Of a stretch of 64,000 nucleotides of DNA, positions 10,224-18,812 are shown in pieces. The position numbers and the translations under genes are program-made. How positions within the stretch are numbered: position 1 is the first letter of the stretch; each line of letters begins with the position of its first letter. Source of the DNA: Acidobacteriota bacterium (GTDB lineage: Bacteria; Acidobacteriota; Vicinamibacteria; Vicinamibacterales; CAVVIG01); assembly GCA_028876655.1 (NCBI GenBank), contig JAGWRA010000280.1:1556-65555 (forward strand), read 5' to 3'. The notes beneath the pieces are model-generated. The model saw only the letters and a program-made list of their open reading frames with translations, did no database searches and was not told the DNA's origin.

Positions 10224-11588
10224 TTAGTCGCCCATCTTGAAGATCTCGAGCAGGTCCCTCAGGGCGATCTCCGCCCGGACACACATTCGGTCGAAGGCTT
10301 CCTCTATCTCCGGATAGTCCTCTCGGTGCACAGCAGTGTTCATCGCGTCGATAGTCTCGATAGCAGAATCCAGCTCCGAAACCATCATGTCGCGGTAGTC
10401 CTTGTTCTTCAGCGACCGACAGAGCCACCGCACCTGTGCGGCGCGCGTCGGCTCCCCCTTGCTCGAGAGGTACTTCTTGTCCGGGCCGCCCGCGAGCACG
10501 CGATCCCTCGGCGCGATAGCATCCAAGGTCTCGATGAGCACATACCGCAGCGAGGAGGAGGCCTGCCGCACCCAGTCACTCTCGCGGCGCCTGACCGTCG
10601 CCAGACCGGCTCTCCACGACACCAGGAGCGCCGGGCGGATGCGCGGCAGCGTCGTCTCGATGATGCTGGTGGTCTCCTCTCGCACCTCGCTCCAGATCTC
10701 CACGACCGGCTCATCGCCGGTGTGAGTCGTAATAGCGCGCACAACGCGCGCGTGCGAGTACACCGCGAGCGCGGGCACCTTGGCCATGAATGGCGCATCG
10801 ATAACGGGCTCAGGCGCCAGGGCTGTGGCCTCAGCGTACCGGGCGTACGCCGTGTTCAGGCGAAACGATTCGAGCTGCAACGCCTCCGGATTCACGACGC
10901 CGATCCGATCTCCGAGCGACTCCCAACGCACCGTCGCCGCGACAAGCTCGGCGGCGCGTGAGACCGCCTCGATATGGCGGAAATTCTCGGCGAAGCGGGT
11001 GAGATCGATGGGCCGGAACATCTCCACAAGGCGACCGGCGCTCAAGCTCAAATCGATCGGTTTCAATTGCTCGGCGACATGCCGCACGACATCTGTAGCC
11101 GCCTGCGTGGTCGCGCAACATTCGGCGGCGAGCTTTTCCACGCCGGTTACGAACTCTGCAGAGAATATAGAATGCGCGAGCACGTTCCGTGCGAGCGCGA
11201 GGGACTCGCCCATCTCGCGCATCATCTTGTCCACGCGGTCCCGTTGCACCATGAACTCACGAACGGCCGACGAATCGAGCGCACGCTGCACGGCGTCCCG
11301 CTCCTCGAGGATCCTCTGAATGGCGGGACTGACCAGCGCTTCGATCTTCCGCGCTTCCATGGCCTCCCGCGCCATCGACGATCGCTCCAGAAGCACTCGC
11401 ACGGCCTCTTCTCCTTCACGGAATGCGAGGAGCGAGGCAGGGTCGATGATGTCGCGCAGCTTTTGCTGCTGTTCGCGGATCATCCGCTCGGTTTCAGGCT
11501 CGATCAGATGTCGCACCTCCTTGAGGTGCTGCTCCATCTCGCGTCTTGCGCGGAGGATGCGCTGCTTCTCCTCATCGGAGACGGTCAT
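10224..11588 (-). CDS. hypothetical protein: coiled-coil N-terminal region plus a conserved-looking helical C-terminal domain
   Basis: Start moved to ATG 11588 (MTVSDEEKQRIL), which is preceded by AAGGGG. The charged helical N-terminal half is rich in E/R/Q. The C-terminal ~120 aa (VRQASSSLRYVLIETLDAIAPRD...PTRAAQVRWL...DAMNTAVHRED...ALRDLL) recalls predicted nuclease domains from conflict systems; unverified. Confidence 0.6.
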   Translation of the reverse strand: MTVSDEEKQRILRARREMEQHLKEVRHLIEPETERMIREQQQKLRDIIDPASLLAFREGEEAVRVLLERSSMAREAMEARKIEALVSPAIQRILEERDAVQRALDSSAVREFMVQRDRVDKMMREMGESLALARNVLAHSIFSAEFVTGVEKLAAECCATTQAATDVVRHVAEQLKPIDLSLSAGRLVEMFRPIDLTRFAENFRHIEAVSRAAELVAATVRWESLGDRIGVVNPEALQLESFRLNTAYARYAEATALAPEPVIDAPFMAKVPALAVYSHARVVRAITTHTGDEPVVEIWSEVREETTSIIETTLPRIRPALLVSWRAGLATVRRRESDWVRQASSSLRYVLIETLDAIAPRDRVLAGGPDKKYLSSKGEPTRAAQVRWLCRSLKNKDYRDMMVSELDSAIETIDAMNTAVHREDYPEIEEAFDRMCVRAEIALRDLLEIFKMGD

Positions 11589-11629
11589 AACGAAGTACCC
11601 CTTGCCACCTAGCGCTCCCGTCTTGCCGA

Positions 11630-11890
11630 TCAGTCTACGAATACAACACGCCACGCGATCCCCGTCGACGAAAGGGCCCGCTCCCCACCCGGAAGTGGGC
11701 TCCAAGATTCGCGGGCGGCGGCGTTTCCTGCCGTTTGAGGGTCGCCTTCCGGAACGTCTGCTTCAGCCAGCGGCGGATACGCCGCGTCCCGAACGAGCCC
11801 TGCACGCAGATGGGGCAGGTTCACGTTGATTCGCCGCGGTTGGCACTCGAAAGCGGTCAGATAGAACCTCGGCACGAAGTGGTGCTTGTT
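11630..11890 (-). pseudogene. possible DUF4238-family gene remnant
   Basis: The minus-strand frame reads NKHHFVPRFYLTAFE directly after a TAA stop. HH(Y/F)VP(Q/R)FYL is the N-terminal signature I associate with DUF4238. There is no ATG, and similarity decays after ~35 codons. Confidence 0.3.
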
Positions 11891-12374
11891 TTAGGCATCT
11901 CCCCCGTAAGCTTCCCCGTCAAGCGGACAGTTCGAAAGGAGACTGCGCCGCCGATGAAGGCCAAGCATTTCTGTGAAGTTCGACACGAGAGGATCCCGTG
12001 CGGCGGCGGCGTCATACGCCTCGCCTCGCTGGAAAGGTCTGGAATATGTGGCCGCAATTATAGGCAGCGCAAAAGGATCGCGCAATTCTCAACTATGGCC
12101 ACCCGTGGGAGCGGCCGGTCCCTATGCTGCTGGCCGAGACTCTCACACAGACCGAGGGCGGCGCTCCAGGACGGGGGCGAGAGTCCTGAAGGCACGAGGT
12201 CCCTGAGGATTCACGGCAGGTTGAGAGCATTGTTCGCGCGAGAAGGGCCTGAAGACGGCGAGGAGGCGGCGGGCAAGGAGCGGACACAGGGTATAATTAA
12301 ACTGCTACAATCAACGCATAAAAGCGCTTGATGATGTGTAGTTGTACCCCCTATTGCCAGATCAAGGAGTTCAC

Positions 12375-13199
12375 GTGCCCGCCCGCGACAAAGCTGCAAT
12401 CGCCGCCCTCGCCAAGGCCTCAAGGACGGGGCTCATCACCGTCGAGGCTGCCGCCGGGGTCTTGGGGATTTCACCACCCGCGGCTTCGGCCCGCCTGGCC
12501 CGACTGGTCCGTTCAGGCTGGGCGGCCCGAGTCAGGCGGGGACTCTATCTGATCCTCCCGCTTGAAGCCCAACCGGGCCAGAAGGTGACGAGTGAGGATC
12601 CCTGGGTCCTCGCGCGCGAACTCTTCTCGCCCTGCTACGTCGGCGGCTGGAGCGCCGCCGAATACTGGGGGCTCACTGAACAGCTGTTCCGGACAACGCT
12701 CGTCGTCACCGCGGCGGCCGTCCGCCGCGGAAAGGCCTCCTTCCTGGGAAACGAGTTCCGCCTCTACCTCGTGGACCCAAACCGCTTGGCCGAGGGCGTT
12801 GTTGACGTCTGGCGCGGCAACGAGCGCGTGCCCGTTTCCAGCCGGGAGCGCACGCTCGTCGACTGCCTCGACGCGCCGGAGCTCTGCGGCGGCGTCCGCC
12901 ACCTCGCGCAACTACTCCGTGAGTACGCCGACGGCGGCAAGAAAAACATACCCTGCCTGCTCTCCGTTGCGGAGAAGTGCGCCTCCGGGGCCGGCTGGAA
13001 GCGCCTGGGTTTCCTCTCCGAACTACTCTGGCCGAAAGAGGCTGCCGTTCAGCCCGTTGCCCTGAAGCACATCTCCGCCGGCAACGCTCGCCTCGATCCT
13101 GCGGTCCACCAGCGAGGGCGGCTTCGCAAGCGTTGGCGGCTTTGGTTGAACGTCGACCTGCATGAATTCACTCCAGGCGAGGGCCAGACCACCACATGA
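12375..13199 (+). CDS. abiEi: type IV toxin-antitoxin system AbiEi-family antitoxin
   Basis: wHTH N-terminus (TGLITVEAAAGVLGISPPAASARLARLVRSGWAARVRRGLYLILP). GTG 12375 is preceded by AAGGAG (12364-12369). The stop overlaps the downstream ATG (ATGA at 13196-13199). Confidence 0.8.
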   Translation: MPARDKAAIAALAKASRTGLITVEAAAGVLGISPPAASARLARLVRSGWAARVRRGLYLILPLEAQPGQKVTSEDPWVLARELFSPCYVGGWSAAEYWGLTEQLFRTTLVVTAAAVRRGKASFLGNEFRLYLVDPNRLAEGVVDVWRGNERVPVSSRERTLVDCLDAPELCGGVRHLAQLLREYADGGKKNIPCLLSVAEKCASGAGWKRLGFLSELLWPKEAAVQPVALKHISAGNARLDPAVHQRGRLRKRWRLWLNVDLHEFTPGEGQTTT

Positions 13200-14614
13200 T
13201 TCGCAAGCAGGACATCCTCGACCGGGCGGCGGAGTGGCAGCTCAGGCCGGAAGTCGTCGAGAAGGACTACGTCCTCGGTTGGCTCCTCGCGGGTCTTGCC
13301 AGCCTGCCCCTTCGCGAGCATTGGATATTCAAGGGTGGGACGTCGATCAAGAAGTGCTACTTCGAGACGTACCGCTTTTCGGAAGACCTGGATTTTTCTC
13401 TCCTCCCGCAGGCGGAATACGGCGAGGAGGGCCTTCGGGCGAATCTGCACACACTCGGCGCGCGAACGAGCGAGCTCAGCGGCCTGGAATTTCCGCCGGA
13501 CGCCATCGTGCTCCGCGAACGCCGGAACCGTCAGGGCCAGCCGACCTTCGAGGGGCGCGTCGGCTACCGCGGTCCACTGGTCTATCCAGGTACGCCGAAG
13601 GTGCTCTTCGACCTCACGCAACACGAAGCAGTGGTGGAACCGCCAGCGGACCGCCCGATACTGCACCCCTATCCCGACGACTTGCCTGAAGGCGCGGCAG
13701 TCCGTGCGTACTCGTTCAACGAGTTGCTGGCCGAGAAGACGCGTGCTCTCTTCGAGCGCCGCCGCCCGCGCGACCTCTACGATGTCGTTCACCTCCTGGA
13801 AAACGCCCCCGGTTATCTCGACCTGGCGCGGGTCCGGGAACTCTTCAGGCGCAAGTGCGAGAACAAGGGATTGGTTCCGCCGACCGCAGCGCTCCTGGCG
13901 GCCGCGGTAGATGGCGACGCGGAGATGCGGTCCGAGTGGAGCAACATGCTCGCGCACCAGCTTCCCGCTCTGCCGGATCTCGACGCAATGCTGGGAAAGC
14001 TACCGGGGCTTATCGGCTGGCTGGACCTTGCAACGCCGATCGCCTTGCCGGAGTCGCGCCTCGCGGCGGCGCCGATTCCGGCGCGTGAGGCGCCGATCGT
14101 CGCACCCGGCATCAGATTTTGGGGTTCGGGGTCGCCGCTCGAAACGATCAGGTTCGCTGGCTCCAACCGACTTCTCCTGGAGTTCGACTATCACGGGCGG
14201 CACCGCGTCACCGAGCCATATTCCGTCCGCCAGGCAGCCACGACGGGGAACGTGTTGCTCTACGCCTGGGAAATGGCGGCGGCGCATGTCAAGGCCTTCA
14301 ACCTTGCGGACATGCAGAACGTCCGGGCCAACGGCGAGGTGTTCTCTCCTCGGTACCGCGTCGAGTTCTCAGAATCCGGACCAGTCCAGATCAATCCCAA
14401 CGCGACCAGAGCTCGGCCGGCATCCACCCTACCCCGGCTCGGCACGAGCCGACGCACACCAGCCCGATTCGGCCCTCGGTACGTTTTTGAATGCCCGTAT
14501 TGTCAGAAGAGATTCACGCACAGCACGAATGCCTCGTCACTTCGCAAACACAAGCGCGCGGATGGCTGGGGCGATTGCCCTGGCCGCCAGGGGTACCTCG
14601 TCGAAGTCCGATAG
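13196..14614 (+). CDS. abiEii: AbiEii/AbiGii-family nucleotidyltransferase toxin with a ~190-aa C-terminal extension (WYL-like + zinc-finger-like)
   Basis: NTase motifs FKGGTSIKKCY and RFSEDLDFS with the DUF1814-like core in residues 1-280. Residues ~316-391 are WYL-like (RVTEPYSV...GNVLLYAW...VKAFNLADMQNV). Residues 431-461 read FECPYCQKRFTHSTNASSLRKH...C. Confidence 0.85.
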   Translation: MIRKQDILDRAAEWQLRPEVVEKDYVLGWLLAGLASLPLREHWIFKGGTSIKKCYFETYRFSEDLDFSLLPQAEYGEEGLRANLHTLGARTSELSGLEFPPDAIVLRERRNRQGQPTFEGRVGYRGPLVYPGTPKVLFDLTQHEAVVEPPADRPILHPYPDDLPEGAAVRAYSFNELLAEKTRALFERRRPRDLYDVVHLLENAPGYLDLARVRELFRRKCENKGLVPPTAALLAAAVDGDAEMRSEWSNMLAHQLPALPDLDAMLGKLPGLIGWLDLATPIALPESRLAAAPIPAREAPIVAPGIRFWGSGSPLETIRFAGSNRLLLEFDYHGRHRVTEPYSVRQAATTGNVLLYAWEMAAAHVKAFNLADMQNVRANGEVFSPRYRVEFSESGPVQINPNATRARPASTLPRLGTSRRTPARFGPRYVFECPYCQKRFTHSTNASSLRKHKRADGWGDCPGRQGYLVEVR

Positions 14615-15082
14615 TGAGACCGGGTGAGCGACCGGCCGTGGTTTGATCTTCTTCGGGTTCACCGACGGAACCGTGTCACGACGTCTGTGGGCGACGAGAG
14701 CATCAACAAGCCGCTGTGGCAGGAGCAATTCAGAACAGTCACTGACGCTCACCGCAACGCCGCCCGAATTCCGCAGGACCGAACGCTGACACCGGAACGC
14801 CTTCGCGCAGCCTGCGCTCTTGGCCTCGAGGAGATCTTCGGACCTCACGCCGGCTGACAGCACCACGAGTCGCTGGCTGACGGGTCCGCTGCCATCGTGT
14901 AAGAGCGCCTGGAGGCTGCGCGGAGGCGCCGTCAAGGCCCGAAGGCCCGCGACAGCGGGTCGAAGCGCAGCGGAGAGCCTGGACGGCGCCGAGCCCAGCC
15001 CCACAATCACCGCGGCGATGGCAGCTCGCCAACTAGCCGCAAGCGGAATTGTTCTCTGGTAAGCGCGTGATCGCGCGACTGG

Positions 15083-15409
15083 CTACCCACGCTGGCCGGC
15101 GTGCGCAGGCCAGCCTCCAAGCGTCGCGGTGCGGTCGGATTCACCGCGAGTCTCGCCGTCTCCCGATGACGCGCGTTTACGGCTCGCTCGTCTGGCCAGC
15201 GACACGGACGCCTGCGGGTGTTCGGTTCGCCAGGTTTGGAACTCCCGGTCGCGCGCCAGGACGGTCTCGATGAGCGCGTTCACCACGTAGTGAGGATCCT
15301 CCCCAATGAACGCAGCGTAGGCACAGAGCGTGTCCTCGTTCTGGCAATCGAGGATGACGCGCTGGCGCACGAACCGGCGCCCGTGCGTCCGTGGTTTGAT
15401 GATTGGCAT
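15083..15409 (-). CDS. small hypothetical protein, possible ribbon-helix-helix fold
   Basis: ATG 15409 is preceded by GGGAGGG. MPIIKPRTHGRRFVRQRVILDCQNEDTLCAYAAFIGEDPHYVVNALIETVLARD has a strand-helix-helix pattern. The C-terminal tail looks disordered. Confidence 0.4.
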   Translation of the reverse strand: MPIIKPRTHGRRFVRQRVILDCQNEDTLCAYAAFIGEDPHYVVNALIETVLARDREFQTWRTEHPQASVSLARRASRKRASSGDGETRGESDRTATLGGWPAHAGQRG

Positions 15410-15523
15410 TTTGGCCCTCCCGTTGACTTGCGTCCCGCGCATTCATCGATACTGGCCGGCTCGTCGGCCGCACGAATCTCGCCGCCGCGTTGGCCGGAGT
15501 CTGGCCAAACTCTGGCCAACGTT

Positions 15524-15678
15524 GTGCCGCCCCGGAGCCCGGACAGCAGACACCGGCAGCGGGACGTGAGCGACCCCGGGCATCGCGCGGGACCGCCATC
15601 GCGAGGGGCACCCGGGGTCGCTCACGTCCCGTTACGGTCAAAATCTGCAACTGCCGGGGCGGCACAAAGCGCCGCCCC
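15524..15678. repeat. nested inverted repeats / structured non-coding element
   Basis: Perfect 20-bp IR (15561-15580 GGGACGTGAGCGACCCCGGG / 15611-15630) with a 30-nt spacer. It is nested in a 12-bp IR (15524-15535 GTGCCGCCCCGG / 15654-15665). An alternative hairpin lies at 15656-15678 (GGGGCGGC-ACAAAGC-GCCGCCCC). Direct repeats CTGGCCAA occur at 15501-15508 and 15512-15519. Confidence 0.6.
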
Positions 15679-15859
15679 TTGTCCTCCTGGCGCCTTTGCT
15701 GCTCGGTGCTAAGGCGCTGGCCAGCGAGTGGCTTAGCGGCCTGAAGGACGGCTGCAGCCAACGGCATTGACCTCCCCGGCAGCGGCAGCGACCACTGCAG
15801 CAGGGGGGACAATGCAACCCTGGGCCTCATCCCCTCCATCGTCCCCGCCGGCGCGAAAC

Positions 15860-16837
15860 TCAGGCAGTCCCTATGAGGCCCTCCAGCTGCGGGTACACGG
15901 GTGGCAGCATCAGTCGCCCGATTCGCCCGCCCCCCTCTGCGACAGCCCGCGCCAGCGTCGGCGACATGGCCGCTTCCAGCACTTGGTCCCCGCGGTCCAG
16001 CCAGTCGCGATACAGCACCCGGAAGTGAGCGGCACCAAACCCTCTGACCGCGCCGTCGAACCGCTCCTGCGCCTCGGGCCGGCGGTGCTGGCGCGCCGCG
16101 AAATACCAGCGGAGCTCCTGCGCGATCGTCGGGTGCAGCGGCTCTTGCACCTGCTCGCGGAAGGCCGCCTCGTACGAACCGAGCGCTGCGGCTCGGCACC
16201 GCGGCACGAGCAGCCGGATTTCCCAGCTCGGCAGAGCGCGCAGTAGCGCCGCATGTCGCTGCAAGAACTCCCGGAACTTCAGGGAGGTCGGTTCGACCAC
16301 AAGGAAGAGGAAGAGCACGGTTTCATGACCGTCGCCGACACCGATCGGCAGGACGTCCGGGAAGAACTGCCATACCGCTCCGCCCCGGGCGGTGCCTTTC
16401 ACAGCGGGTTGATCGGCTTCGGCGACTCCGTAGCGGGCGCCGAAGTACTGGACCTTCTCGTGCGCGGATCCGAGCCACGTCCGATCCGGCGCGGCGAGCA
16501 CACCGTCGAGCAGCATGAGGCGCTCAATGGCTCGGGGGAGCGACGGCCGGTGCCGGTGGCGATGCTCCGGCTCGTTCATCGCGCGATAGAGAGCCTTTGC
16601 GTGGATGTGGAAGAGGTGCGTACGACGCGTGCCGCATGGATGCCGCGTGGCGTAACCTCGGGTCACCAAGGTGCGGAAGAACCGCTGGCTGTTCTTGCCG
16701 TGTGCGATGCCGGCGAAGGTGCAGTACTGGCGTTCGAGGCAGACGCCGGCGTGCCGCATGACGGTGAGCACGAACCTGGCTTGTCGGGCCGTGAACCCAT
16801 ACGCAGCGACCGCGGCAACGGCCTGATCGAAGAGCAT
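15860..16837 (-). CDS. hypothetical protein, winged-helix-like N-terminus (island maintenance/replication-relaxation-like?)
   Basis: MLFDQAVAAVAAYGFTARQARFVLTVMRHAGVCLERQYCTFAGI...FFRTLVTRGYATRH. Start is uncertain (16837, 16909 or 16966). No motif that I can name securely. Confidence 0.5.
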   Translation of the reverse strand: MLFDQAVAAVAAYGFTARQARFVLTVMRHAGVCLERQYCTFAGIAHGKNSQRFFRTLVTRGYATRHPCGTRRTHLFHIHAKALYRAMNEPEHRHRHRPSLPRAIERLMLLDGVLAAPDRTWLGSAHEKVQYFGARYGVAEADQPAVKGTARGGAVWQFFPDVLPIGVGDGHETVLFLFLVVEPTSLKFREFLQRHAALLRALPSWEIRLLVPRCRAAALGSYEAAFREQVQEPLHPTIAQELRWYFAARQHRRPEAQERFDGAVRGFGAAHFRVLYRDWLDRGDQVLEAAMSPTLARAVAEGGGRIGRLMLPPVYPQLEGLIGTA

Positions 16838-17138
16838 CGGAGATCCAGTCAGTCGGCAGCGGGGCACGCTCAACCTGGACCGGAAGGTGGAACACGCCGC
16901 GCGCGTCATCTGAAGGAGCGGCCCGTCCGTGGCCGCGCGTCCGGATGACGGCCGTCCTCTCGGCACCGAGCCCCTGATCTGTAGAACGCTGTTTGCGACC
17001 GAAACCTCACAAAGAATTTTCAGAATTTCTCAAGCTCAGCTGGAGACCGCGGGCGCCTCCCGCGTGGTCACTTCTATGCCAACCCGCAAGCCGAACACAT
17101 CGTGTCTCGAAGGCTGTGACCAGGAGGGCGATTCCGAT

Positions 17139-17351
17139 ATGGCAGAGATGATTCTCAGACTTCCTGCGGTGAAGGCGCGAGTCGGTCTATCGCGCAGTTC
17201 GATCTACAAGATGGTCAGCGCCCGCGAGTTCCCTACACCGGTGCGGCTCGGGCCGCGCGCCGTCGGCTGGCTGGAGAGCGAGGTCGAGGCCTGGCTGGCA
17301 TCGCGCGTCCAACTGCGGGATTCCAAGGGAAGGGCGCCCCTGATGATGTGA
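17139..17351 (+). CDS. AlpA-family phage regulatory protein / excisionase-like HTH
   Basis: MAEMILRLPAVKARVGLSRSSIYKMVSAREFPTPVRLGPRAVGWLESEVEAWL is the AlpA/Xis-type pattern. AGGAGG lies 10 nt upstream of ATG 17139. Confidence 0.75.
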   Translation: MAEMILRLPAVKARVGLSRSSIYKMVSAREFPTPVRLGPRAVGWLESEVEAWLASRVQLRDSKGRAPLMM

Positions 17352-17454
17352 GACGGTGACCGAGGATCACCCGCCCGGGCGGCTGGTCCGAACCGAGGTT
17401 GGACTCGTCCGAACTAGGACGAACCTTCCGGGTGCCACGCCGAAGAGGCGCTGG

Positions 17455-18342
17455 CTACCCATGCAACTTCCTCGGTGGTGAGGCCTGGCGGCTCGACAGC
17501 ACGGATTGCAGGAAGATGCACGCCACCGGCAACATCAGGAGCAGCGGCAACAGGTGCAGTGGCCAAGGCCTGTGATGGTCCGCGAAGGCGCGAATGACCG
17601 GGCCTTGGGCCGTCGATGACCACCAGCCGTAGATCAGCGCCGATTCCACCCCCGGTGCTGTCAACCACGTGGCGGCTCCGACCGCGCCTGCGCAAAGCAA
17701 GGCGTGCGCGGGTGAGAGCGGATTCCCTTTCGGGGCTCTCATGGCCCCGAGACACATGGGCGGCAGCACCAAGGTGGCGCGGACGAGAGCGGGAAAGACC
17801 AGGCGGTAGAACGGTGACGCGAAGACAGCCCAGTTGCCGGAATTGGCCAGCCCGGAAGTGGTGCTATCGTAGGTGGCAACGAACAGGACGACGGTAAAAG
17901 CGCCGGCGGTGGCCCAGACCGCCCGGCGTGAGAGCGAGGCGAGGACGAAGCCGATCGTCCATGCCCAGCCGATCAGCGCCAGGCATCTGACGATGACGGT
18001 GCCGGAGTACCGGAGCAGATCCAGGCGAGCTCCCGGACTCTGCAGGTAGCCCCACGTCCAGTTGTTGACGTAGAACCAGGCGTAGATAGCGCTGTTGTTG
18101 GCCCACGCCCTGGAGGCGAAGCTGAGTGCCATCCCAAGCGGGAGCGCGAGCCCTAGCAACGCCAGCCAGGGCCTCCAGCCCTTCCAGGGCGCGAACTGTC
18201 GCCTCGTAGCCAGTCCCACGATTTCGCGGATGACCTGCGTCTGACTCGCACCCAGTTCAGCGAGATCGCCGAGCACCGCATCGCGTTCGTCGGCATCAAG
18301 AAGCCGCGCAAGGTGAGCGACTAGCCAGGAAGCGGGAGACAT
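17455..18342 (-). CDS. polytopic membrane protein translationally coupled to a PadR regulator
   Basis: The start ATG overlaps the PadR stop (TGATG at 18340-18344). Several hydrophobic spans (WLALLGLALPLGMALSF, TVIVRCLALIGWAWTIGFVLA, etc.). Confidence 0.6.
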   Translation of the reverse strand: MSPASWLVAHLARLLDADERDAVLGDLAELGASQTQVIREIVGLATRRQFAPWKGWRPWLALLGLALPLGMALSFASRAWANNSAIYAWFYVNNWTWGYLQSPGARLDLLRYSGTVIVRCLALIGWAWTIGFVLASLSRRAVWATAGAFTVVLFVATYDSTTSGLANSGNWAVFASPFYRLVFPALVRATLVLPPMCLGAMRAPKGNPLSPAHALLCAGAVGAATWLTAPGVESALIYGWWSSTAQGPVIRAFADHHRPWPLHLLPLLLMLPVACIFLQSVLSSRQASPPRKLHG

Positions 18343-18671
18343 CAGGCGCGGCTCCCGTGGCGTGCCGCCTTCCAAGGCGTCCCCTGGGTCACGCGGAGGA
18401 CGGCACGGTAAAACTGCTCGGCTTCCTGCCTTCCGCTTGTCGTGACGCGCACCATGCGCTTGGGCCGCCCGCCCCGCTGCGACGTCGGATCACCCATCCA
18501 GGTTTCCACCAACCCTTTGGCTTCGAGTCGGTCGAGCGTGGTGTAGAGCGCACCCACCGAACAGCGGGCTCCGGTCGCCTCTTCAACGGCTATCCGGATG
18601 GCTGCGCCGTAGGCCTCGTTGCCGAGCCTGGCTGTCGCCGAGAGCAGGAGATATTCGAACTCACCCAGCAT
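18342..18671 (-). CDS. PadR-family transcriptional regulator
   Basis: MLGEFEYLLLSATARLGNEAYGAAI...GALYTTLDRLEAKGLVETW...GGRPKRMVRVTTSGRQ is the PadR wHTH pattern. Confidence 0.85.
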   Translation of the reverse strand: MLGEFEYLLLSATARLGNEAYGAAIRIAVEEATGARCSVGALYTTLDRLEAKGLVETWMGDPTSQRGGRPKRMVRVTTSGRQEAEQFYRAVLRVTQGTPWKAARHGSRA

Positions 18672-18812
18672 TTGAACTACATTGTAGTAGTAATGAATCC
18701 GATGTCAAGCCCGTCCCCGAAACTTGGTGAAGTCTGCCCCCGAGTCGGCACAGGCTCTGGGTCTGCCAGCACATGTTGACGGACAACCTGTTGAGGTGTA
18801 GCCTGCCTACCT

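Noticed and set aside
14537-15010. 157-aa minus-strand ORF downstream of AbiEii
   Set aside because: It overlaps the AbiEii 3' end by 78 nt, has no recognisable motif, and its codon bias is inconclusive by eye. Left unannotated; it could still be a small real gene.
15177-16199. 340-aa minus-strand ORF across the inverted-repeat region
   Set aside because: It is an A/R/P/G-rich low-complexity translation that reads straight through perfect palindromes and overlaps better-supported neighbours. Treated as non-coding.
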